NCBI GenBank assembly: GCA_000002445.1
Contig: CP000070.1
Location: 1,632,001 to 1,696,000, forward strand
Direction of reading: 5' to 3'
Length of the DNA stretch: 64,000 bases
Origin: Trypanosoma brucei
Taxonomy: Eukaryota
The notes under the pieces were generated by a model. It saw only the letters and a list, made by a program, of their open reading frames with translations. It ran no database searches and was not told the DNA's origin. The position numbers and the translations under genes are program-made. Position 1 is the first letter of the stretch, and each line of letters begins with the position of its first letter. This document shows positions 43,815-56,642 of the stretch, piece by piece.

Positions 43815-44433
43815 GAAATAAAAACAAAACAAAACTCAAAAGAGGGAGGCACAATTCATTTCCATATCTCATTTTCTCATATTTTTTTTCTTTCTTTTTT
43901 TCCTTTTTTTCTTTGTTATTTGTTTTTCTTTAACATTTATATATATATATATATTTTTTTTTTATTTATGTGTCCATTTATTTATTTATTTTGCTCGTCA
44001 CGGTGAACACCACACACGCACAAAAACAAAAAAACAAAAAAAGTGGGGAAAGAGTGTGGGCCAACAGAGACCAACTCAAAGAAAACAATTAAGTACTGAG
44101 AAGGGGCAATAAACGCGCGCGAGAGAACGTCACAATAAAACAAACACACACACACACACACACACAAAACAAAAAACAAAAAACAAAAAAAGAAACAATA
44201 TCTCATAAGTAACACTCAAGCAGAACAACTGTGTAGTCCAAATAAAAAAAAAGGATGGAGAAAAGAAAAAAAAAAAAGAAACACATGGAACCAAAAAAAA
44301 AAGGAAGAGAAGAGAAGAAAAAGAAAGAAACGCCAACGTGGAAACCACAGCAGTGATAACATGAGCAACAACTACTCTACCAAAAGCGCCCAAAAATAAC
44401 AAACTCAGAGCCAACGCCTCTCAAAGCAGTACA

Positions 44434-45063
44434 TCACAAATCATCTTCACATGTGCAACAGAATTTCATGCAACGCCGCACCCGCGACAAAAACGAAACA
44501 TTACCAACATCCACAACACTTCCAGATCCCTCCACTCCTGCTGAAGCGTTGACTACCGAAGGAGGTTTCGTGTCCAACACACGACCATGAACTCCACCTG
44601 CCGTTACCATAAATGTTGTTCCTGATGATGCTGATGTCATTGTTGATGTTGTTGCACGACCCTTCCGTTGCGAAGGTGACACTTCAGAGGGACGCTGGGA
44701 TTGTCTCCCCGTATGCATTGGTAATCCATCACCACGTAACACAATCATACACACGGGACAAATGGGGGAACGCTGCCGCCAATCCTCAACACATTGCAGG
44801 TGGAAACTGTGACCACAACCCACCACCACGGCGGGGTTCTCATGTGTGAATGATTCAAGACATATGGGACACATGGAGGTTTGATATTTACCCACAACAA
44901 ATGATTCCTCTTCAGATGACTCCTTGTTGACTTTACTGAAGGCGCTGTGACTGCAGAGCGGGGCGGTTGGAGAATCCCTCGCATCGGAGAGGGGCGTCAT
45001 GGGCGATTGTGGCATTTTCCCCCATGGGGCTGAACAGCCGCCGCAATTCCCGTCTTTGCTCAT
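44434..45063 (-). CDS. RING-H2 zinc finger protein, a likely E3 ubiquitin ligase, 209 aa from the first ATG
   Basis: The track ORF starts at a TTG. The first ATG is at 45061-45063 (MSKDGNCGGCS...). CPICLESFTHENPAVVVGCGHSFHLQCVEDWRQRSPICPVCM is a canonical C3H2C3 RING-H2 signature. Confidence 0.7.
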   Translation of the reverse strand: MSKDGNCGGCSAPWGKMPQSPMTPLSDARDSPTAPLCSHSAFSKVNKESSEEESFVVGKYQTSMCPICLESFTHENPAVVVGCGHSFHLQCVEDWRQRSPICPVCMIVLRGDGLPMHTGRQSQRPSEVSPSQRKGRATTSTMTSASSGTTFMVTAGGVHGRVLDTKPPSVVNASAGVEGSGSVVDVGNVSFLSRVRRCMKFCCTCEDDL

Positions 45064-46521
45064 ACTAACGAACGTATAATTTAACAGCAACGCCAGTCGC
45101 CGGTGCTACTCCGATTTGGTGCCAACAACAGCCAGCAAATACGAAGGAAGGTGAATAAACAAAACAAAACGAAAAATAAATGACTTACGCGAACACAAAC
45201 ACGAATGATCTTTCAGTCTACCACTTGTCCCCCTCCTCCTCCTCCTCCTCCTCGTTGCGTAACACCAGTATATGAAGGGATGCTGAACCTGGAAAGTTTC
45301 CCGTCAAAAATATGTAAGCACCTAGAGATATAGATTTAAGGTTTTTTTTTTCTCCCCCTCCCTCCCTTCTTTGTGTCTTTTGATTTGTTCGTTCGTCCGC
45401 CCTCACTTCCGCGAGCCACACGCCCAGTCGTATCGGCCCTTTAATCCCAATTTTCCTTCCCACTATGCACACAGTTCCTAATGAAAATTTACTTCTCTCC
45501 TCTTGTCGTTTTTGGTGTTTCGCTCTCTTGAACTTCCACCTCTTCTCTTACCGGTTCCTTTTCTTGCTACTATTACCTTTTTTTTTTCAATCTTCCTTCC
45601 CCTCCTTGCACTTTATATATATAATTTTTTTTCTTTTTAAGTTTCTTTCCTATATTTCTTTTTCCCTTTGTTGACACCCCTCTCTTTCCCTAATAATCAC
45701 TAGAAATATATGAGCAGAGAAATATATATGCAAACACTTGTACCTATATGTATGTGTATGTTTATGTTTATGTATGTGTATGCGTGTATATAAGTACACT
45801 TGCCCTACTGCGTTACCTTAATTACACCACTCACCTGTCAGTTCCTACCTTCTGTGGGAGCGGGGAGGGTAAAATAAAACCCAAACCAACTCAACAAAAG
45901 AAAAGAAAAGAAATCACAAACCTGAGCGACGGCGCACGGCAGCAGTGCACCCCGCCGTGATCTGAATTTCAGCACCCACAAAAACACAAACAGGCGGGTG
46001 AACAGAAGAAAGAGACAAAATAAAAGTAGAAAAAGAAAAAGAGAGAAACGGTTGAGAAGTGGAAACAGTGCAACTTTAAGCGCATATCGATGAATACACG
46101 TGAATGTACAGGAAAGATATGGAGAGAAATAACCCCGTTAACGTGGAGCAACCAACAGATGATGTAATGATGGTAATGATAAAAGTAATTATCATTTATT
46201 ATTGTAAAAACTGTACCAGGTGACACATTGACACACAGACCATCTGCTCGCCAATGATTGGTTCTTCTGAGGTAAAAAGTGGCATAAATCGAGTAAGAAG
46301 CTTACATAACTAACCACATCGAAAAAAAAAAAAATAAAGAGGACAATAACACAAACGGTAAGATCAACAACACCGCTCACATACAAGCACACATTATGCG
46401 CACATATGTATAATATATATATATATAAAGACTGAGAGTTCATAACCAAATAACTCCAACTAACAAGAGAAAAGTAATAACACCAGCATGCGATATAAAT
46501 CATGACTCACGTTGCATTCAA

Positions 46522-47376
46522 TCAATCGGCAGGACTGTTACCACCTGTACTTTCAGAAATATTATTATAACCGAAATCGTCCCCAGAGCCTCCACCATGT
46601 ACAAATCGGCCAGGGAAGAGAAGACGTTTCACAACTGTTGGGGCAAGTCGCTTGGGATCGGTATCCACCACTTCACCAGCAAGTTGTCGCCGTCGCTCCT
46701 CCTCCTCCTGTTGGGTCATAAATGCATAAAATTTTGGGTCCAGTAGCCGCAGCGCTCCCTCCAACAGGTGCCTCACCACTACAAGAGAAAAAATAACCGC
46801 CACCAGGCCCATCATGACATACGACATCACAGCGAAGAGAGTCACATGCAAACTAGCAGAATTTCCAGAGGCGAGACCACGGCGAAGCGTAGGAGCCGCA
46901 CCATTTTGATGCCAAAGGCTCGTTGGGTTAGTGGCCATTGCATAAGCCGTTTGGATCATGTCGTATCGCTCAGTTCCATTTCCACTCACCGCCTCTACTC
47001 GTTGCTGACTATCTGGATGTGTCTCTAATACGAGCTCACGATACCGGGCGCGTACTTCCGGTAATTCAGCATGATCAGGGAGTCCCAAAATGCGCAATGG
47101 GGAGCCATGACGCTGCAACCATAACTGCTCCTGTTCTAATATTTGTACACGCTCCATGCCGCGTTGCATGCCCGTTGCCATACGAGAGCGGAGACGTTGA
47201 GGTGTGAGGGCTACGAAAAGAGAGCGTAAAAAAAGCGTTACACGGCCAGGGCGAAAGCTGTGATTTTCACCAGTGGTGATGCACCTTGCGGAAGTGCCGG
47301 AACACACAAGGGGCTGCAGTGTCATGAGTGCCGCACGCCGAACGCTACGGTTCATGGCTACTGGTATGGGTTTCAT
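46522..47376 (-). CDS. J-domain (DnaJ-like) protein with a C-terminal transmembrane segment, about 284 aa from the first ATG
   Basis: The track ORF starts at TTG (47772). The first in-frame ATG gives MKPIPVAMNRSVRRAALMTL..., an N-terminus that could be a mitochondrial presequence. The J-domain core is LPDHAELPEVRARYRELVLETHPDSQQ, with the HPD tripeptide. A hydrophobic segment follows near the C-terminus: LFAVMSYVMMGLVAVIFSLVVV. The start coordinate comes from the ORF-track frame and may be off by one. Confidence 0.6.
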   Translation of the reverse strand: MKPIPVAMNRSVRRAALMTLQPLVCSGTSARCITTGENHSFRPGRVTLFLRSLFVALTPQRLRSRMATGMQRGMERVQILEQEQLWLQRHGSPLRILGLPDHAELPEVRARYRELVLETHPDSQQRVEAVSGNGTERYDMIQTAYAMATNPTSLWHQNGAAPTLRRGLASGNSASLHVTLFAVMSYVMMGLVAVIFSLVVVRHLLEGALRLLDPKFYAFMTQQEEEERRRQLAGEVVDTDPKRLAPTVVKRLLFPGRFVHGGGSGDDFGYNNISESTGGNSPAD

Positions 47377-48050
47377 AAATCCACACTCCCTTTTGTATTT
47401 TTTTCTTTTTTTTTTTGGTTTTGTTTTGTTTCCTCCCCACCTCCACTTCCAGTTACAAATGACTTCAGGAGAGTGACAATGCAACGCGCAAAACTGAGAA
47501 ATAAAAACATAAAACAACAAAATATGAGCATGGGAACATGTGCAGTAACACAAAGAACAGACAGACAGACAGACGACTACAGTTGGCACTGGAGAAGAGA
47601 GAGAGAGAGAGTGAGTGAGTGAGTGAGATAATAGCGATATTTTAGCGCTAACGCAGGAGGTCGTCTCAAGAGTCAAGCATAATATTGACAAGAGAGGTGT
47701 CGCAACTACAACCTCCTTCAAGAAAGAATTGCATCCTTTGCGCACGAACCCCCTCCTCCTGGGTGTAAACAAAGTTTATTATTAATGCCAAATAATTCCA
47801 ACAGAGAGCAGCGGCAACACCAATAACAGCGCAACACGAGTAGAAAGCGAAGACAACCAACCAAATGATCTCCCCTGTTAGCCTCACAGCGGCTCTGCCA
47901 CGGCCAGCAAACATACAAACACACAAACGGACAGAAAGGTACACAAACTGTCCTCACTACAAGCAAATGTGATAAAAAGATGTTGAGAAGAGAAAAAAAG
48001 GCAAATACTGGATACCCAACATAACACTCTTCTGATTTCTACGCGACACG

Positions 48051-48836
48051 CTACAAGTCGTAAAAGCGGCACATAATCGCGCGTGAGTCAAATACACTGC
48101 CGTGAAGCTCCGCCACAACATTAGCGGCACTAGACTTCGAGGAAAGTGTGCATACAAGCGCCACATGATCGTCAAAAGCAGGCGGTTCCAGTTCCTCCTT
48201 CGCCTCACCGCCATTCGATTCCTCCTCCCCATTTGTTGGCGCCCTCCTCTCCTCCATCTTTAGTCGTTTCCCCACTGGTTCCAAATCCACCTCTCCATCC
48301 CTGTCACCTCCACCGCCACCGCTGCCGCATGCATCACCACCGTCATCCACAAGCACTTGATAATTGATTATTTTCTCCTTGGCGACCTCCTCTACTTTGC
48401 CCAACACCGCCCGCAGTAACTCATCCAGTGGCCCTTCACTCAGTGAAAGATGTCGGTACATCTGCAGTGAAACAAAATTTGTTAACAGGACATGCGGCGA
48501 CGGAACACCGAATGCGGGGGTTCCTTGTGGGTCCAGAAGCCGTTTCCGTCTCTTGTAGAGCGCCTTCTCCCGTTTCCGCTGTTCCCAGCGCCTCTCAATA
48601 TCCTTAATGATACACCTCACAATATCATCCACGGTCGCATGCTGCAGGGCAGTTTCCTTCACCACGCGATTCATCCAAAACCCCGCCACGGCATCCCATT
48701 GTTTCTCAAAGAAGTTATGATTCGACCGCTCCTTTACACTTTCAGGCATGCGGAGGTCTTGCCGTGTGAACTGAAGCCGCCTGCCAGTGCTGCCCCAAAT
48801 GACGAGAGCCGAAGACGTGGTGCCCGACGTGTCCAT
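48051..48836 (-). CDS. Hypothetical protein with a UHM/RRM-like C-terminal motif, 261 aa
   Basis: Real ATG at 48834-48836. The C-terminal VALVCTLSSKSSAANVVAELHGSVFDSRAIMCRFYDL resembles the tail of U2AF-homology/RRM domains of the (R/K)x(I/V)xxxFY type. The middle is acidic and Gly-rich. Confidence 0.5.
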   Translation of the reverse strand: MDTSGTTSSALVIWGSTGRRLQFTRQDLRMPESVKERSNHNFFEKQWDAVAGFWMNRVVKETALQHATVDDIVRCIIKDIERRWEQRKREKALYKRRKRLLDPQGTPAFGVPSPHVLLTNFVSLQMYRHLSLSEGPLDELLRAVLGKVEEVAKEKIINYQVLVDDGGDACGSGGGGGDRDGEVDLEPVGKRLKMEERRAPTNGEEESNGGEAKEELEPPAFDDHVALVCTLSSKSSAANVVAELHGSVFDSRAIMCRFYDL

Positions 48837-51800
48837 CAGAAGCGTGGGTTTAAAGAAATCAAATGTTTAATGCAACGGGTGAGTTCAGTGTTTGTGTGAA
48901 GAGAAACCGCGCCTTCCCTCAACCTCCTCCCCCCCCCCTCTTTTCCTCCTCCACAGTTAGCGCCTCTTCCAAGTGGGAAATGTATCTCTTAATGAAAAAT
49001 ATATATATCTGTGAAGGCGGTGAAACGCGCTCACCACTAGCAGGTGGCGACAATATTGACAATAATAAATATTATTATTAATATCAATGTTATTAATATT
49101 AGAGGTAGTAATAACAACGCCTTTTCGCCTGCTTGTGTCTTCTCAAATCCCTTAATTTTACCCGTTAAATATGGAATCAGTAACGGACACCTTGACAAGC
49201 GTAGTGGAATTACAGAATTTGAGAAAGAAAGAAAGGAAGGAAGGAAGAAAGGAAAAAGAAGAGATAAGTGAGCACAAGGGAATATCACACACACATATAT
49301 ATATAGATATCAATATACGTGTACACGCATATTTTCACCGTCTATCCGTTGTTCCACTGGAGAAAAAAAGTTAGGAATTGCGCAAACACAGCGACATACA
49401 CACACAAGGAGGGAGAGAGAAAGAAAAAGAGAAAAAGAGAAAAAGAGAGAGAGATAAAAAGAAAAAATTCATACATTACGAAAAACAAAAGAAATTGAAT
49501 GACGGCTAGTGAATTGGAGAGAAGCACCGGATTTTTTTTAAAAAAAAAAGCACACAAACACACACGCCCGCACTGGCACAAAACTCCCCACCTCACACAA
49601 CCACAAAGAGAGAAAAAAAAAAAAAGAAAAACACATACACATACACAAACACAAACACCTCCCCGTCGTCAACGCCACTTTTACCTCCACACTATTACCG
49701 CTTTTAATTATTACTTTTTTTTTCTTTTTCTTCTTCTATTCATTCTGGAACTATTTCCTTATTTTTCACTTATTTGTTTGTTTGGTTGCCGCCGTTCTTC
49801 CATCTATCTATCCTTATATAAATATATATATATATATATTTATTTATTTATATTTTTTGAATTACGATGCCACAGTGAAGAGAAACGGTTGGTTGTAGCT
49901 GCATGCCTAATGATTATTATAATCATAATATATATATATATATATTTTTTTTCAGTTATTTATATTTATACACGAACACACCATACACAAACAAAAAAAA
50001 AGGGAAACAACTTTACATGTATGTGCCTCTTTTCTTTGTTCGAATATATTCATTCACCTTTTTATTTTTATAAGCATTTCGATCACACATATACATACCT
50101 ATATGAAGACGATTGAACAGCAAATAAATAAAAAAAGGAAAATGAAAAATAAAGCGAAATGATGATGAAAACAAAAAAACGAGTGATTAACGAAGGAAGA
50201 AAACGGAAGCGGACAGGGGACAGGGGACAGGGTGGAGGGGAAAAAAAAAAAGTCAGTAACACTACTCACGGAAAGAAAAAAAAGGAAAAAAAGAAGAAGA
50301 AGAAGAAGGGACGGGTAAAAATAAAAACAGTAAGAAAAATAGAAAAAAAAGTGTGAAGAACAGAAACAATTACAAACAAACAAACAAAGTCAAATAAAAT
50401 CAGATAAATTATACAAACCATAAATATTCGTATACATGTGTACGCCGAGTTACTACGCACTAACACACATGGGTATGGTCACACATGCCAGAGTCTGTAG
50501 GACGTTGGGTAGGAAAAACCAAAAAAAAAAAAACAAAGTTGCAGATCGATGTTAGTTGATGGAAGTATTTTATAAAGGAAAGAGGAGGGAAAAAAAAAAA
50601 AGAACAACAACAACAACAAATGAAAGTAAAAATGAAAATGAAATTTTTAACAAAAGTAACAGACCGAATGGAAGCGACTCCATTTTAATGTTTCGTCACT
50701 CGCTCTGTTATTTCCTGTTCTTTACTCACTTCCTTTTTATTCCCGTTTAACTCTTTCACTTCCATATCATATTGTATAACTTCACTCCACTTTTACAGGC
50801 TCTGTCACTAACTTCATCTTTATTTTATCTTAAATATTTATTTTATTTTACTTCCCCGCTTCTAATTTTAAAGAAAGAAAGAAAAGAAACTTAAATTAAA
50901 TTAAATAAGCGAGAACAAAAGAATCATTCCTCCCCACTTACTTTTCATAGAATCAGTTTCTGTTACTTTTATTGTTTATTAGTACGCTTCTTTCATTCCT
51001 TTTCTTTAAAAAAAAAAATATATATATATATATATTATTCCCCTCTTCCTCCTCCTCTCCCGCCTCCCGCCTCCCGCATGCGCTAATGCTTAAAAGAAAA
51101 AAAGAAAAAAAAAGGAAAGAAATCACCTCCCATACGGTTCCATTCCTTAAACTAAATCTTTTCTTTTTCCTTTTTTCTTTCTCCTTCTCCATCTCTTCCT
51201 TTTCTTTATTTTTATTTTTATTATTAAATACACAAACACACACAACTGTATGCCTATGCATCATTGCCGAGAGCAGTTGTTAACTCATCGACAAATATTT
51301 GTTTTTCTTCACATTTCTGAAAAAGAACATCAAAACAACAAAAAGCATATTAACATAAATACATGTAAATAAATATACATTTTAGAAAGAAAAAAAAGAA
51401 AAAAAATAAGTGTGAGATGTCATACGCCTGTGTTAGCAAACACAGCTAAAATATATCCGCGCAAAAAAAAAAAAACACCATCACAGGCACTCCCCTTACG
51501 CATCCGTTTTTCTTGTTTTTGTTGTTGTCGTTTCAACAACAATAAAAATAAGAAATATTCATCCATTTCGCTTTAAATATTGATCCTCTTTCATAGCAGC
51601 ATATATATAAACATATATATATATATACAAACACACACACACACACACACACATCCATGATAATACCTCGAATTATCATTATTATTGTTATTGTTGTTAT
51701 TGTTATCATTCGTTTGCCCCACCAGTGAAAACAAAAAAAACAAAAATTATGAATTACCCCTTTAATTCCCCGTCCCATTACCATCACAACAACAATAACC

Positions 51801-53752
51801 AGCGCCCAATAATAATAATAATAAAAGTGATAGATAATAACAATAGTACAAAATACATAATACACAAATAATTTCAATAATAGTAACAACATGAAAATCA
51901 GAAGCAGAAAAGAATGAAAAAAAGAAAAAGAAAGAAAGGGGGCGAAAGAGGGGAAAGGAGGAATGAGCGCAGTGACACCAATAATAATAATAATAACAGT
52001 ATCAATAAATATTAATTAATATTAATAAATAAATAAATAAGTGAGGGAAACGTAATTAAGAAATGGGACGAAAGGGACCAACATCCCTTCAGACAACCGC
52101 AACAAAACAAAACAGATACAACTAAAAGTGGTGTCGCTCAGTCACACAGGAACAATAACGATACCGCTGGGATGGGATGGTGGAAGAGGAATGAATAAAT
52201 GACGAAAATTAAAATAAGAAGGAAAAAAAAAACGTAAAGGAAGAAACCGGAAAGCAAAGGTATCGTAGTAAATAGGAATGGGAAGGGCAAGGAAAGACGA
52301 AAAGGTAGAAACGTAAAAGTAAAAAAAAGAGAAAAATAAGGAGAAAAAGAAAAAAAGCTGTCAATCGTACCAACAAACAGCAGCAACAGCACCACCGGCA
52401 ACATTCACATGTGAAGAGAGCTACAAATATATTTAAAAAAAAAAATCGGTGACAAACAGAAGAAACGGCAACAAACCAAACCAAACCAAACACAAAGTGA
52501 TAATTTTTTTTAAAAAAAGTCAGTAAGAACACAAAAAAAAAAACGAAAGGGTAAAGGGAGAGGAAAGTGAAGCGAGTGCCCACATATTCACTTATTTACA
52601 TGTTTGGAACATCGAGAGGAGAAAGCACCCAAAACAAAAGACAAACGAACAATATTTTATTTATATTTATTTATTTGCTTATATTTAAAAAGAAGAGTTT
52701 TTTTTTTAAAGTTCTTGCGTTCGGGTGTCGGGGAAGGAGGAAACTGAAAAAGTGGCGTACGTGTGTCTGTGTCTGTGTGTGTGTGTGTGTGCCTATGGAC
52801 CAATAAATTAATAAAAGGGGAAAATAAATAAAAAAACGAATGAAAGAGAAGCTCCGCAAAAGTTGAAAATGAGAGTAAACTTAACAGAAGAAAAAAGACA
52901 AAAAGATGCAGCGGCGCAAATCGACAATAAAAAGAAGAGGTTACGACGAGTCAGTGAGAATTATTCATTAATACACATATAAATGGATCCGCATGTCTCC
53001 CTCATCTATCCGTCACAACCGTCATGAATGAAAAAGCGAATCGATTAGCACACGCCACCGGCAAACACAGCGAATGAAAGGGAGAAAACAAGAAAGAAAG
53101 AAAGAAGGACCTCCACAAATGTCGTTTCACTCTTATTATTATTATTATCACCATCAATATTATTCCCTTCCCTTTTTCTTTCTTCTGTCCTTCCTGTTGT
53201 CGCTAATCTCCAACGATTTCACGAACAATAAACATAAACATAAAACGCACACAAAAAACAAAACAAAAAAAAAGAATCATCACAATCTCATCATTTGTCT
53301 TCTCCCCGCGTATCATCTTGGTCGTTTTTAAACCTTTCTGGCGGTCTTATGCTCTCCCATCCAACCTTTGCTCTCGTTCCTCTTTTCTTTTCATTTTCGT
53401 TTTTTATTTTTCTTTCATTAAAAAAGGCAAATCATACGCAAAGTGCAAAACGAACACGAAAACTGTACTCAGCATCCTTTCTTCCTCTCCATCACTTTAC
53501 ATCCCTTTCACCTTTCCTCCCTCTTCCCCTTCGTTTTAAATCATGCTGAAACGTTTTTTTTTCTTTTCCCCTCCCCTCCCGCCTCCTTCCCCTAAAAAAG
53601 ACATCATCATCATAGGCATGAATTGTACGGGAAGGGGGGGGGGAGGTCCCCCTTTTAGGTGGCAGTGGTGGTGATGTTTCATATGCTTTGTTTTAGTTTC
53701 ATCAGCAAAAAAAAAATGCTCCATTCACCTCGTACATATCTTTTCATTGACT

Positions 53753-53754
<2 letters not shown>

Positions 53755-53794
<40 letters not shown>
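53755..53794. repeat. (CA)20 microsatellite
   Basis: An uninterrupted CA dinucleotide run is visible. Confidence 0.9.
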
Positions 53795-53795
<1 letters not shown>

Positions 53796-53880
53796 TCTTT
53801 CCTTTTCTCCCTTTTCCTTTTTTTTTCTTTTCCTCTTCATCTCATTTCACTACAATCATCTGCAAGTGTTGTTTTAATAT

Positions 53881-55518
53881 TCATCTCTCGTTGCGGCGCT
53901 TGGAGTTGATAGGTGGAAGCCGCGGCCCCTTCGACTGCGGGGAACGCGAAGGATTCATTAAAGACGTGTGTGCCGACCCGTGTTGTGATCGCGAACGGGT
54001 CGTGCGGGCGGATCGGGACTGCGTGGGACTCACCTGCTCTAAAGGGCGTGGGCCTGTGCAACTCTGCATGGAAAGACACAACGTTGGGGCGGCGGCCAGT
54101 CGCTCCTTCAGTGCTGATGAGATTTGAGCAAGGGCTTCAGCAGAGAGTTGTGTTCCCTCCAACCCGAGATATGTAAGTCGTGACTGCGGGCTTCGGGCAA
54201 GACGGAGCAGACCACGACCTGCCAGTGCCGGAATGGGGTTGTTGGACAAGTTCAGTGACACCAAAGACGGATGATTGCCAACCACCTTCACAAGTTGCTG
54301 CAGGAACGTGAGATTGAAGATGTTGTTGTTGCTCAGATCTAACGACTCAAGAGTTCGGCTCACCTCCACCATTGGGAGTAACAATGGCAAACCGCGAGGA
54401 TGACGCAGGAATACACCACTACACTCTAACGACGGACACGGTGGTTCGTACCTACCAGACACCACGTAGGTGAAGTTGCGGAGCATTGCACAGTTTCCGC
54501 AATCACTGCTATCGAGCATGCGGCAGTACCGCAGGTAAAGCAGCCGGTGGGCAGCCATAATAGCGATGCTGAGAGCACGAAACACGCCGCGGGGACGTAG
54601 CCCACTTCGCTTTGGCGCCTTCGGCTCATCATCGGGAATTTCCATGTTCATACCTAGTTTGATCCACGGGTGCTTTAGAGCCTCCCGTGCACTATACCGG
54701 CGGTTCGGATCAACCACAAGTAATTTGGATATAAAGTCATGCAAAGCCGATGACCCCTCACTAATCTTTCCATCCTTCATGTTGTAATTGGCCTTCAAAA
54801 TAGCCTCCGTCGTCTCTTTCTGCGTACGACCCAGAAATGGATATTCACCTGTGAACATAAGATACACCATCACGCCTAATGCCCACATGTCCACCGGTTT
54901 GCCATAGTTTGTGTCGCTGAATATCTCAGGTGCCATAAACACCGTTGTGCCACAAAAGGACATGAGGCACTGATCCACGCCAACGAGCACGGCAAAACCA
55001 AAGTCAGATATCTTACACACTAAGTCACCCTCCGAAAGAAGACAATTCTCCGGTTTAAGGTCTCGATGAACAATACCCTTTTGGTGGATGAACTCTAACG
55101 CAAACAGAAGCTGCATAGTAATACGACGAGTCTGGACTTCACTAAATGATCCATCACGTTTCAGCGCACGCTGTAACTCACCACCAGCCATATATTCCAT
55201 TACAATCCAAAGGGTTTGATCATCGTGAAACGTCTCCTCTAATCTCACAATATTTGGATGACTGAGAAGACTCATGGTCTCAACCTCACCCATCACACTA
55301 CGCAACCCTTTTGCTCCCGCTTCTCGCTTGTTGATAATTTTTACTCCGTACGGTCGCTTCAACGAGTCGTGCCGCCGGCAACATTTCCATACCGTTCCGT
55401 ACGCCCCTTTTCCAAGTTCCTCCAAAAGTTCGTAATGATGGTCAAAAGAAACTGTCTTGGACGAAGAGGCTAATGCGCGGGCCTCCGTCAACGTACTCTG
55501 CAACGAATGGAAGTCCAT
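53881..55518 (-). CDS. Serine/threonine protein kinase (CAMK-like catalytic domain) with a C-terminal leucine-rich-repeat region, 545 aa from the first ATG
   Basis: The track ORF starts at GTG. The first ATG is at 55516-55518 (MDFHS...). Kinase motifs present: GKGAYGTV (Gly loop), VKII (VAIK Lys), HRDLKPEN, DFG, APE. The C-terminus carries LRR-like repeats: LESLDLSNNNIFNLTFLQQLVKVVGNHPSLVSLNLSNNPI. Confidence 0.85.
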   Translation of the reverse strand: MDFHSLQSTLTEARALASSSKTVSFDHHYELLEELGKGAYGTVWKCCRRHDSLKRPYGVKIINKREAGAKGLRSVMGEVETMSLLSHPNIVRLEETFHDDQTLWIVMEYMAGGELQRALKRDGSFSEVQTRRITMQLLFALEFIHQKGIVHRDLKPENCLLSEGDLVCKISDFGFAVLVGVDQCLMSFCGTTVFMAPEIFSDTNYGKPVDMWALGVMVYLMFTGEYPFLGRTQKETTEAILKANYNMKDGKISEGSSALHDFISKLLVVDPNRRYSAREALKHPWIKLGMNMEIPDDEPKAPKRSGLRPRGVFRALSIAIMAAHRLLYLRYCRMLDSSDCGNCAMLRNFTYVVSGRYEPPCPSLECSGVFLRHPRGLPLLLPMVEVSRTLESLDLSNNNIFNLTFLQQLVKVVGNHPSLVSLNLSNNPIPALAGRGLLRLARSPQSRLTYLGLEGTQLSAEALAQISSALKERLAAAPTLCLSMQSCTGPRPLEQVSPTQSRSARTTRSRSQHGSAHTSLMNPSRSPQSKGPRLPPINSKRRNER

Positions 55519-56607
55519 AATTCTCACTGGTAAGACGCTCTACCGTTCGTTTGACCGCTTGTCGATGTTGTATGATAAAGAAAAACAAATTCCGAAAGGT
55601 AAAACCAAAACTTTTTTTTTTAAAGAAAACTATCCTTTTATCTGTTCTTCTCCTCCTCCTCCTCCTCCTCCTCTCTATTCTCTGAGTAAGGTGGTGCTGT
55701 GATCGTACAAAACAAAAAAAAGCACAGACACAACCTCGCTCACGCACGTACTTTCACCCTATTCTTTCTTTTCTTTATTTGAGCTACTAACTCGTATTTT
55801 CCTTTGCTTGAATTACACAACAATATCCCCCTCCCTCCCCTTTCGAGGAGTCGCGCGTAGAAAGAAGAGGTAAATGATGTTCTTCTTATTGAAGCGGGGG
55901 AACGTCCTACTGTGCCCACCACTTCCTATATATATATATATACTTGTATACTTATATACTTGTATACTTGCGCGTATAAACAAATATACGCACGCTCGCT
56001 TAACCGGCAACCAACACCTGACACAACAAACGCTGCGCTACCTGACCTTGCCTTCACGCCCCTTTGTTGAGTGTCCCTTGTGCTGTTCCTGTTGTTTCTC
56101 TTCTGTCCTTTGATATCGTGCTTATTTTGTCGTTTTTTTTTTTCTTTTTTGGTTTTGGCTTTATATTCCTGTACCTTCAGCTTTCACCCTCTCTGTGTTC
56201 ACACCCTCACCTTTTCCCCCTCTGTAGCACTACCCGGCTGATGGTAACGGTGATGATGATATCACTGCCCTGCCGATCTTTGGCAACAGACAGCCCCTGA
56301 AGAGAGAGACCCGAGGAAAAGGGAAACAGGATGGAATATGCACCGAAGAAGGAAGCGGAACCGGCAATGTTAATTGCACCTTTGCACAAACACAAACACA
56401 CACGCACACACGCGCGCGCCGGAACTTTTACTCCCTCCTTTTTTACTTTGCCTTATTTTTCCCCTTTGTTCTTTTCACAACACTACGAGTTTGTGTCAAT
56501 GTGTATGTATTTGCTTGAGTCGAAGGAGGGGGAATTCGTATTCGTAGATGCACACGCGCGGGAGTATGCGTACGTGTGCTTATATCCACACCTGAAATAT
56601 GTACGAG

Positions 56608-56610
<3 letters not shown>

Positions 56611-56640
<30 letters not shown>
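56611..56640. repeat. (AT)15 microsatellite
   Basis: An AT run is visible. Similar (TA)n runs lie at 30032-30052, 39192-39215 and 62348-62369. Confidence 0.9.
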
Positions 56641-56642
<2 letters not shown>

